From: Candidatus Cloacimonadales bacterium
GTDB taxonomy: Bacteria > Cloacimonadota > Cloacimonadia > Cloacimonadales > JAIOQZ01
Assembly: GCA_963662655.2 (NCBI GenBank)
Contig: CAXXTU010000002.1
Location: 2,400,001 to 2,464,000 of the forward strand
DNA: 64,000 bases
Reading direction: 5' to 3'
The position numbers and the translations under genes are program-made. The notes below the pieces were generated by a model, which was not told the origin of the DNA, searched no databases, and was given only the letters and a program-made list of their open reading frames with translations. The first letter of the stretch is position 1; each line of letters begins with the position of its first letter. Below, one piece after another: positions 56,662 to 64,000 of this stretch.

Positions 56662-57285
56662 ATGAAGAAAGACATCGAATCGGTCATTTTGAAATCGGCC
56701 TCAACCGTTTTTCTGAAAGAAGGTTACGATGGTGCGCGTATGAGCGTCATCGCAGAGAAAGCGGGTATTAACAAAGCTCTTCTGCATTACTACTTCCGCA
56801 GCAAGGATCGCCTGTATCAAACCGTCTTCGAGCCGGTGATGCACGATTTCCTTTCGGGTATATTCCGCGAGATATCTGTCGTAACCGATTTTCGCAGCTA
56901 CCTGGAGAATTTCATTGAAGTTTACCTGACGGCCATCTCCAAGCGCCCGTACGTTGTCCGTTTCATGATATGGGAACTCGGTCACGGAGCCGGTAATGTG
57001 AACGACATAATCACCAAGGCGCTTCACAAGTGGCAGTTGAAGGAAATCCCCATCATTCTGGCAACCCGCCAGGCAATCGAGAATGGAGAGATCAGGCCCG
57101 TTGATCCGGTTCAGCTCTTCATCAGCGTGATCGCGCTGTGCATCTTCCCTTTCGCTGCCCGTCCGATCCTGGAACACAAGGTCGAAGGATTAAAAGTGCT
57201 TTCAAAGGAATTCATCGACGAGCGCAAGAAGGCGGTCTTCGATCTTGTCTGGAACGGCTTAGCAAAGACGAGGGAGGACGAATGA
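56662..57285 (+). CDS. TetR/AcrR family regulator
   Basis: GYDGARMSVIAEKAGINKALLHYYFRSKDRL. Confidence 0.93.
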   Translation: MKKDIESVILKSASTVFLKEGYDGARMSVIAEKAGINKALLHYYFRSKDRLYQTVFEPVMHDFLSGIFREISVVTDFRSYLENFIEVYLTAISKRPYVVRFMIWELGHGAGNVNDIITKALHKWQLKEIPIILATRQAIENGEIRPVDPVQLFISVIALCIFPFAARPILEHKVEGLKVLSKEFIDERKKAVFDLVWNGLAKTREDE

Positions 57286-58589
57286 GGAAATACATTACAA
57301 CAATCGTGTTGCTCGCGGTTACACTGCTCGCGGCCGGTACGATCGATCTCGAACAGGCCTGGGAAATCGGCCTGCAGAATAATCCGATGCTCCAGCAGCG
57401 CGAGATCGTGAGTAAAATCGCCGAGGCCGAGCAGCAGATCAAGTTCGGGGCGTTCTTGCCCAAGCTTACGGTGAACGGTTTGTACTACTACGTAAGCGAG
57501 CAGGCCGAAATCTCGTTCGCCAACCTTCCTTTCGGTGTCACGATGGACCCCGTCAAGGTCGGCAGGAAGGACAACTGGGATTTCTCCGCCAAGCTGACAC
57601 AGCCTGTTTTCACCGGCTTCCGCATCTGGAAAGACCTTGAACGCGCCGAAGCCGACCACCGCATCGCCGCGCAGGCAAGAACGGCTGCCGAAAACGCGAT
57701 CCGCCTGCAAATCGCGGCCTTCTTTTACCAGTGCGAGGCCATCCGGCATCAGATATCCATCATCGACGACGGCATTCGGCGCGCGAATCTCCAGAAAAAC
57801 AGGGTACTCGATTTGCTGGAAGCTGGGCAGGTCACGACGCTGGACACGCTCGCGATGTCCAATCGCGTGCTGGAACTCGTAACTATGCGTAAGTCCGCCG
57901 AGCACGAGTACCGCATTGCCAAGGCCCGTCTGGCAGAGGTAATGGCGATGAACGAGCCGTTCACGCTCGATTTTGACGATAAAGCCCCAATCAGCGAGAC
58001 GGCTGCGCTGGAGACCTACCAGGTTCAAGCGCTCGAAAGACGGGTGGAACTGAGCATGAACCGCGACCAGATCCTGAAACAAAAACTCACGACGCGTATC
58101 GCCGAATCGGTTTTCTATCCACAGATATACGCTCAAGCCGAGTACCACTACGGGATTCCGGGCGTGCAGATGATCGACGCAGAGTGGGACGACTACTATC
58201 GCCTCGGCGTGCAAATGCAGTGGCAGGTGTGGGACTGGATGGAATCGGCCAAAAAGCGCAAGCAGTCGATTCACCTCACCGAGAAGCTCGAGTTGGAAGA
58301 AGATACCATCGCCAACCAGATTATGCGGGAAGTGACACAGACCTGGGAGCAATTGAAATCGCTGGAAGAGCAAATGGGGCTCCAGCAGCAACTCGCCGCC
58401 CAGATGGAGCTGGAAGTCCGGCACGCAGAGAACCTCTTTCAAGAAGGTAACGCCACCATGATCGATGTCCGTGACGCGGAGGAGCGTTTGACGGAAGCAC
58501 AGCTCAGATTGGACGCGCTCATGTCGCAACTGAAAATCTACCAGGTCCAGATGGACTACTATACAGGAATCATTGGAGGAATCAAATGA
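57282..58589 (+). CDS. TolC-family outer membrane efflux protein
   Basis: Signal peptide, GLQNNP, FLPKL, LTQPVFTG, FYPQI, FQEGNATMIDV. Confidence 0.9.
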   Translation: MRKYITTIVLLAVTLLAAGTIDLEQAWEIGLQNNPMLQQREIVSKIAEAEQQIKFGAFLPKLTVNGLYYYVSEQAEISFANLPFGVTMDPVKVGRKDNWDFSAKLTQPVFTGFRIWKDLERAEADHRIAAQARTAAENAIRLQIAAFFYQCEAIRHQISIIDDGIRRANLQKNRVLDLLEAGQVTTLDTLAMSNRVLELVTMRKSAEHEYRIAKARLAEVMAMNEPFTLDFDDKAPISETAALETYQVQALERRVELSMNRDQILKQKLTTRIAESVFYPQIYAQAEYHYGIPGVQMIDAEWDDYYRLGVQMQWQVWDWMESAKKRKQSIHLTEKLELEEDTIANQIMREVTQTWEQLKSLEEQMGLQQQLAAQMELEVRHAENLFQEGNATMIDVRDAEERLTEAQLRLDALMSQLKIYQVQMDYYTGIIGGIK

Positions 58590-59470
58590 AGACCATAAAA
58601 TTCGTTGTCGCGGCGTTCGTGCTGCTCTCTCTCCTTGCCTGCTCCGACCGTAACGAATTTCACCGTTACGTGGGGATCGCCGAAGGAACCGTCCACAATG
58701 TCTCCTCGCTCTATGGCGGAAAGATCGTGAAGATCGCCGTTGAGGAAGGCGATGAAGTCAAGGTCGGTCAGGCGGTTACGATCATCGACACCCTGGACAT
58801 GCATTTCAAACGCAACGAGCTGGATGCCGGTTATCGGCAACTTGCCATCCAGAAGGAAATCTACCTGAACATGAGGGCGCAGGCCGAGAAGGATATGGAA
58901 TACGTCGATACTATCACGGAGCGCACAAAAAGCCTTTTGGACAAGCAGAGCGTTACGCAGCAGAAGTACGATGATGTCGTGAACATGCGCAACAAGGCCC
59001 AAACGCAGCTCGAGAACGCCACCCAGCAATTGCGCCTGATATCCGCGAAACGAATGGAGCTCGACGCGGCAAAGAGCACGCTGGAAAAGAGAATCTCCGA
59101 CAGCTTCCTGATGGCTCCCGCGAACGGCATCGTCACCTCCGTCCTCTTCGAGGAAGAAGAAACCCTTCCTCCGGTTGCCCCCGTTGTCGAGATCACGGAA
59201 CTGGACGAAATTGAAACCACCATCTACATCCCAGCGGAGGAGCTCCCGCAGACGCATGTGGGGCAAAACTTGAGGGTTTATGCCGACGGAATCGGCGATC
59301 CCATGACGGGAACGGTCAAACGCATCGGGCAGAAAGCCGAGTTTACGCCGAGTCAGGTTCTTACGAAAGAAACCCGCAGCGCGCTCGTTTACGCGGTCGA
59401 TATCCGCATCGAGAACCCCGACCACCGCATCAAGCACGGAATGCCTCTGGAAATCGAGCGGATGGATTGA
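58586..59470 (+). CDS. HlyD-family membrane fusion lipoprotein
   Basis: GKIVKIAVEEGDEVKVGQ, APANGIV, KAEFTP...ETRSALVYAV. Confidence 0.92.
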   Translation: MKTIKFVVAAFVLLSLLACSDRNEFHRYVGIAEGTVHNVSSLYGGKIVKIAVEEGDEVKVGQAVTIIDTLDMHFKRNELDAGYRQLAIQKEIYLNMRAQAEKDMEYVDTITERTKSLLDKQSVTQQKYDDVVNMRNKAQTQLENATQQLRLISAKRMELDAAKSTLEKRISDSFLMAPANGIVTSVLFEEEETLPPVAPVVEITELDEIETTIYIPAEELPQTHVGQNLRVYADGIGDPMTGTVKRIGQKAEFTPSQVLTKETRSALVYAVDIRIENPDHRIKHGMPLEIERMD

Positions 59471-60378
59471 TGGAACCGATCGTTGTTCGTAATGCCGGGA
59501 AACGCTATGGCGATACGACGGCTTACCACGATATCAATCTCCGGATTCGAAGCGGCGAGATGTTCGGAATCGTGGGGCCGGACGGCGCGGGAAAGACCAG
59601 CCTGATTCGCTCCATCTGCACGGTGATCCCCATCGACGAAGGCGAGATAACGGTTGAAGGTTTCAATACGCGAACCCAGTATCGCGAGATACGCTCGAGA
59701 ATCGGGTATATGCCCCAAAAATTCTCGCTGTATCAGGATCTCACCGTGCTGCAGAACCTTCAGTTTTACGCCGACCTCTTCGGCATCTCGAGGAATCAGC
59801 GCGAGAAGAGGATCGCGGAGCTTTTCGGGTTCTCGCGACTCGATCCGTTCAAGAATCATCTGGCGGGTAATCTCTCCGGCGGAATGAAGCAGAAGCTGGC
59901 GCTATCATGCAACCTCCTGCATCGTCCGGGCGTCCTGGTGCTGGACGAACCCACGTTCGGCGTCGATCCCGTTTCGCGAGAGGAGCTCTGGAAGATTCTC
60001 GCAGAGATCAAGAAGGAAGGTACCACGATATTTGTCTCGACCGCGTACATGGATGAAGCGGAATTCTTCGATCGCCTCGCCTTCATGCACAAGGGAAGCG
60101 TCGTCGCAAGCGGGACGCCCGAAGAGATCAAAGAGTCCTTCCACTATCCTCTGTACCAGATTCGAGGCGAGAATCTCCGGCAAATGAAGAAGGAGTTCGA
60201 TGGCGATCCTTCGGTAATCGCGATCCAGCTCTTCGGCGACGCGTTGCACGTGGCCTTCGAAAGCGAACCGGACGAGAAACTCTGCGACCAACTGAAAAAG
60301 CACGGAACCTGTGAAATATCCAGAATCAAGCCATCCATCGAAGACGTGTTTCTCCATGTTACAGGATTTCCCGAATGA
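59470..60378 (+). CDS. ABC transporter ATP-binding protein (YbhF-like)
   Basis: GPDGAGKTS, LSGGMKQKL, LDEPTFGVDP. Confidence 0.93.
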   Translation: MEPIVVRNAGKRYGDTTAYHDINLRIRSGEMFGIVGPDGAGKTSLIRSICTVIPIDEGEITVEGFNTRTQYREIRSRIGYMPQKFSLYQDLTVLQNLQFYADLFGISRNQREKRIAELFGFSRLDPFKNHLAGNLSGGMKQKLALSCNLLHRPGVLVLDEPTFGVDPVSREELWKILAEIKKEGTTIFVSTAYMDEAEFFDRLAFMHKGSVVASGTPEEIKESFHYPLYQIRGENLRQMKKEFDGDPSVIAIQLFGDALHVAFESEPDEKLCDQLKKHGTCEISRIKPSIEDVFLHVTGFPE

Positions 60379-60496
60379 AGAGCCATCAAATAAAAAATAG
60401 TCTACCGGGAAATCCTTCCCAGAGAACCATTTCTGTATTATATATCTCGGTGATTCATGAATCATCAAAGCGGAAATGGTATTACAGGAGACGACC

Positions 60497-61231
60497 ATGA
60501 ATGATGTTTCCGTAAGAGCCCACAGCATCACCAGGCGCTTCGGCAGTTTCACCGCAGTCGATCAGGTATCGCTTGAAGTCGGCAAGGGTGAGGTCTTCGG
60601 ATTTCTTGGAGCCAACGGAGCCGGCAAGACCACCATGATCAGGATGCTGTGCGGACTTCTTGCTCCCAGCGAAGGCGAAGCCACCGTCGCAGGATACGAT
60701 ATCCGGACGCAAAGCGAGATGGTGAAGCGCAACATCGGCTACATGAGCCAGAAATTCTCACTCTACAGCGACCTCACGGTGCGTGAAAACATGCGCTTCT
60801 ACGGGGGAATCTACAACGTCAAGCCCTCGCTACTCATCGAGCGAATGGAGCTGTGGATGGATCGACTGGGGCTCGCCCCATACCGTAGGAAGGTCACGAA
60901 GGCCATTCCCGTGGGAATCAAGCAGCGCCTGGCCCTGGGATGCTCTTTGCTGCACGATCCGCCCATCATATTCCTCGACGAACCCACTTCCGGCGTCGAC
61001 CCGCGCGCGAGGAGGGAGTTCTGGGATGTCATCTACGATCTCGTGGCGGAGAAGAAAACCGTGTTCGTCACCACCCATTACATGGACGAGGCGGAGTATT
61101 GCAACCGCATCTCCGTGATGCAGCAGGGAAAAATCATCGCGATGGACAGTCCGCAACGCCTGAAAGACCAATACCGGATGGAGCACATCCAGGACATTTT
61201 CATCCACTTACTCAAGAGTCGGGAGAAGTAA
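60497..61231 (+). CDS. ABC transporter ATP-binding protein
   Basis: GANGAGKTT, IKQRLALG, LDEPTSGVDP, THYMDEAE. Confidence 0.93.
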   Translation: MNDVSVRAHSITRRFGSFTAVDQVSLEVGKGEVFGFLGANGAGKTTMIRMLCGLLAPSEGEATVAGYDIRTQSEMVKRNIGYMSQKFSLYSDLTVRENMRFYGGIYNVKPSLLIERMELWMDRLGLAPYRRKVTKAIPVGIKQRLALGCSLLHDPPIIFLDEPTSGVDPRARREFWDVIYDLVAEKKTVFVTTHYMDEAEYCNRISVMQQGKIIAMDSPQRLKDQYRMEHIQDIFIHLLKSREK

Positions 61232-61232
61232 C

Positions 61233-62354
61233 ATGAGAGGCAGCATTTCACGCATACTGGCACTTTCGAAAAAAGAGTGGCTGCACATTCTGCATGATCC
61301 CCGCAGCCTCGCCATCATCATCCTCATGCCGATCCTTCAACTCACCATGTTCGGTTACGCGCTGGATATGGAAATCAAGAGCATTCGAATGAGCGTGTTC
61401 GATTTCAGCAACAGCGAAGAATCGTGGGACCTCCTGAAAGGCTTCCAGGGAAGCGACCTCTTCAAGATTCACCACGAGAAAGGCTCCCCCGACGAGGCCG
61501 TCGATCTCTTCAAGGCAAGGAGCGCGGATGTCGTCATGGTCATCGAAAAGGACTTCGGGAAGAAGGTCGGGCGCAACCAAAGGGCAACCATCCAGCTCAT
61601 TATCGACGCGTCCGATCCAAACGCAGCGAAGCTCATGCGCGATTATTGCCGCAGGGTGATCCAGGATTTCAATGGGAAGCGCGGTATCGAGCAGCCGGTC
61701 GAGTTCAGCCTCCAGCCCCGGTTCAATCCCTCGATGGAGAGCTCGTACTTCTACGTCCCCGGGCTGATCGCGATGATCCTGATCATGATTTCAGCCCTCC
61801 TGACGAGCATAACCGTCACCCGGGAGATCGAGACGGGAACGATGGAGCAATTACTCATCTCGCCAGTCCGTCCCATCGAGATCATCCTTGGGAAGCTTAC
61901 GCCCTACATCGTACTGGCAATCGTTATCGGAACCATGATTCTCGGCATCGGCATCATCCTGTTCAACGTGGCGTTCATCGGGAGTCCGCTTCTGCTGCTT
62001 GCTCTCTCGCTCCTCTACATTCTCGTGGCGCTGAGCCTCGGGCTTCTGATATCCACCATCGCGCCCTCCCAGCAAACGGCCATGATGGGCTCGATTCTTA
62101 GCACTTTGATGCCCACCATCCTGCTTTCCGGCTTTATCTTCCCCATCGCTTCGATGCCGCTGTTGTTGCAGTATGTATCCCGGATCATCCCGGCGCGCTA
62201 CTTCCTGATTATCATTCGCGGCATCATGCTCAAGGGCAACACGATTGAGTATCTGTTAGAGCCGGTTCTCGTGCTTGCCGGGTTCTCCGTTCTACTGCTC
62301 GCGGCAGCTTGGAGGAATTTCAGGAAAATCGCCGAAAACAAATCGAGGAATTGA
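61233..62354 (+). CDS. ABC-2 permease (YbhS-like)
   Basis: KEWLHILHDPRSL, VPGLIAMIL, REIETGTMEQL, LLSGFIFPI. Confidence 0.92.
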   Translation: MRGSISRILALSKKEWLHILHDPRSLAIIILMPILQLTMFGYALDMEIKSIRMSVFDFSNSEESWDLLKGFQGSDLFKIHHEKGSPDEAVDLFKARSADVVMVIEKDFGKKVGRNQRATIQLIIDASDPNAAKLMRDYCRRVIQDFNGKRGIEQPVEFSLQPRFNPSMESSYFYVPGLIAMILIMISALLTSITVTREIETGTMEQLLISPVRPIEIILGKLTPYIVLAIVIGTMILGIGIILFNVAFIGSPLLLLALSLLYILVALSLGLLISTIAPSQQTAMMGSILSTLMPTILLSGFIFPIASMPLLLQYVSRIIPARYFLIIIRGIMLKGNTIEYLLEPVLVLAGFSVLLLAAAWRNFRKIAENKSRN

Positions 62355-62356
62355 TT

Positions 62357-63490
62357 ATGCAACCGATCTTGCAGCTTATTAGAAAAGAGTTCAAACAGGT
62401 TTTCAGAACGCGGGAAATGATCGCGATCCTGTTTTTCATTCCGATCATTCAGACGCTCGTTCTCGGTTTCGCGATCACGAACGAAGTCAAGGATGTGAAA
62501 CTTCTGATCGCGGATATGGATCAATCGCCCACCAGCCGCGCCATCATCAAGGAAATGCTTCACACGGACAGTTTCAAGCCGATCGGCGAGGCGAAAAGTT
62601 ACGAGGAGATCGACCGGGCCATCGAGAGTTGGAAGGCGCAGCTCGGGATTCTCATTCCGCCTGACTTCGAAGCCGATCTCATGGCCGGAAAGAAGCCGCG
62701 CGTCGCTGTCGTTGTCGATGGAATCGACGGAAACACCGCTGGCGTGGCCGGTGGATACCTGCGCGATATTCTCTCGGACTGGGGCGTGGATTACGCAACC
62801 CGGATGGTCATGCGGCAGGGAATCGAAGGAATGAAAAGAGCCAAATCGCCGGTTGGATTCGAGACGGGCATGTGGTTCAACGAAAACCTGGAGGCATCTC
62901 AGTTCATGGTTCCGGGCATCGTTGTCATCATGATATCACTGGTCTCGATGATGATGAGCGCGATGGGGCTAGTCCGAGAAAAGGAGATCGGTACGCTCGA
63001 GCAGCTCATGGTAACGCCCATCAAGAAGTGGCAACTACTGATCGGGAAGCTTCTGCCGTTCCTGCTGCTGACCTTCGTCGAGCTCTTTCTATCGCTTTTC
63101 ATCGCGCAGATGATCTTCGACATACACGTTCAGGGGAGCTATTTTCTTCTGGCCGGACTCGCGCTGCTCTACCTTTTCACCACGCTTGGACTGGGCGTTC
63201 TGATATCCTCCATGACATCCTCGCAGCAGCAGGCGATGTTCTTCTCCTGGTTTTTCCTGGTGTTCATGATCCTCTTGAGCGGGTTGTTCATTCCCATCAA
63301 GAACATGCCGTGGGCGATCAAGCAGATTACCTGGCTCAATCCGATGAAATACTTCATCGTGATCATGCGGGAAATCACCGCGAAAGGTTCTTCGCTGCCC
63401 TTCCTCTTGAGCGAGGTAGTTCCCATGACGCTTTACGGAATCATCATTTTCTCCCTGAGCATCGTCAGCTTCAGGAAGCGGGTGGGGTAA
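62357..63490 (+). CDS. ABC-2 permease (YbhR-like)
   Basis: KEFKQVFR, VPGIV, REKEIGTLEQLMVTP, LSGLFIPIKNMP. Confidence 0.92.
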   Translation: MQPILQLIRKEFKQVFRTREMIAILFFIPIIQTLVLGFAITNEVKDVKLLIADMDQSPTSRAIIKEMLHTDSFKPIGEAKSYEEIDRAIESWKAQLGILIPPDFEADLMAGKKPRVAVVVDGIDGNTAGVAGGYLRDILSDWGVDYATRMVMRQGIEGMKRAKSPVGFETGMWFNENLEASQFMVPGIVVIMISLVSMMMSAMGLVREKEIGTLEQLMVTPIKKWQLLIGKLLPFLLLTFVELFLSLFIAQMIFDIHVQGSYFLLAGLALLYLFTTLGLGVLISSMTSSQQQAMFFSWFFLVFMILLSGLFIPIKNMPWAIKQITWLNPMKYFIVIMREITAKGSSLPFLLSEVVPMTLYGIIIFSLSIVSFRKRVG

Positions 63491-63552
63491 GAGTCGCACG
63501 TTCGACTTGACATGAATACGATATCTCGAAGAGAATTGATGCGGAGGTTGAA

Positions 63553-64000
63553 ATGCCCAACGAAACCGAAAATCTGAAAGAACGCTATCGCTCGAAAGAG
63601 ATGTGGAACAACTACGATAAAAGCGGACAAATCCAGCAGAAGGTTAAGCTGATTCTGGACTACATCCCGGAAGAGGTGGTAAGCATCCTCGATATCGGTT
63701 GCGGTAACGGAATCATCACGAACGAACTGGGCGGCAAGTTCCAGGTCTGCGGCGTCGATATCTCCGAAGAGGCTCTCAAGCAGGTGAAGGGCGAGACGAT
63801 CGTTGCGTCGGCCGATTCGATACCCGTTGAAAACAACACGTGGGACATGGTTTTTTCCAGCGAGATGCTCGAGCATCTTCCCGACGATGTTCTCGATAAG
63901 ACAATGGACGAAATCAAGCGAATCGCGCGCAAGTATGTTTTTATAACCGTCCCGAACAAGGAATACCTCCCTTCGAGATGGATACGGTGTCCCAAGTGCG
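63553..64000 (+). CDS. class I SAM-dependent methyltransferase (partial, runs off window)
   Basis: Manual translation MPNETENLKERY...ILDIGCGNGII...GVDISEEAL...SEMLEHLP; GGAGG RBS. Confidence 0.88.
   Translation, partial: MPNETENLKERYRSKEMWNNYDKSGQIQQKVKLILDYIPEEVVSILDIGCGNGIITNELGGKFQVCGVDISEEALKQVKGETIVASADSIPVENNTWDMVFSSEMLEHLPDDVLDKTMDEIKRIARKYVFITVPNKEYLPSRWIRCPKC

Overview
Bacterial chromosomal window. The many secreted proteins ending in a 'YPNPFNPxTxIxF...YNIRGQ' (FlgD-Ig/T9SS-like) domain suggest Cloacimonadota or another FCB-group organism; this is inference only. Left part (minus strand): a cation:proton antiporter, a PTS IIA protein, two GT2 glycosyltransferases and a YkgJ/FliB-like protein lie downstream of four tandem flagellin genes. 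There is also a previously hidden, internally deleted fifth flagellin relic, and the flagellin leaders carry CsrA-type GGA hairpins. Next come a cpoB-pilT-pilM/N-pilO/P-secretin cluster and a dense DnaA-box cluster (probable oriC, with no dnaA in the window). These are followed by secreted peptidases and surface proteins (C11, two S8, C10), ABC exporters, purC and polysaccharide genes. Two near-identical IS3-family copies enclose a segment that contains a nucleotide-sugar dehydrogenase, a lipocalin and a collapsed Mu-like prophage remnant. The right end holds a TetR-TolC-HlyD-ABC efflux operon. The most novel-looking signals are non-coding. Two homologous rod-like hairpins (23032-23165 and 35118-35304) show multiple compensatory base-pair changes. 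A ~290-nt multibranched structured element sits at 2018-2308. The inter-flagellin spacers share a conserved fold that could sequester the ribosome-binding site.
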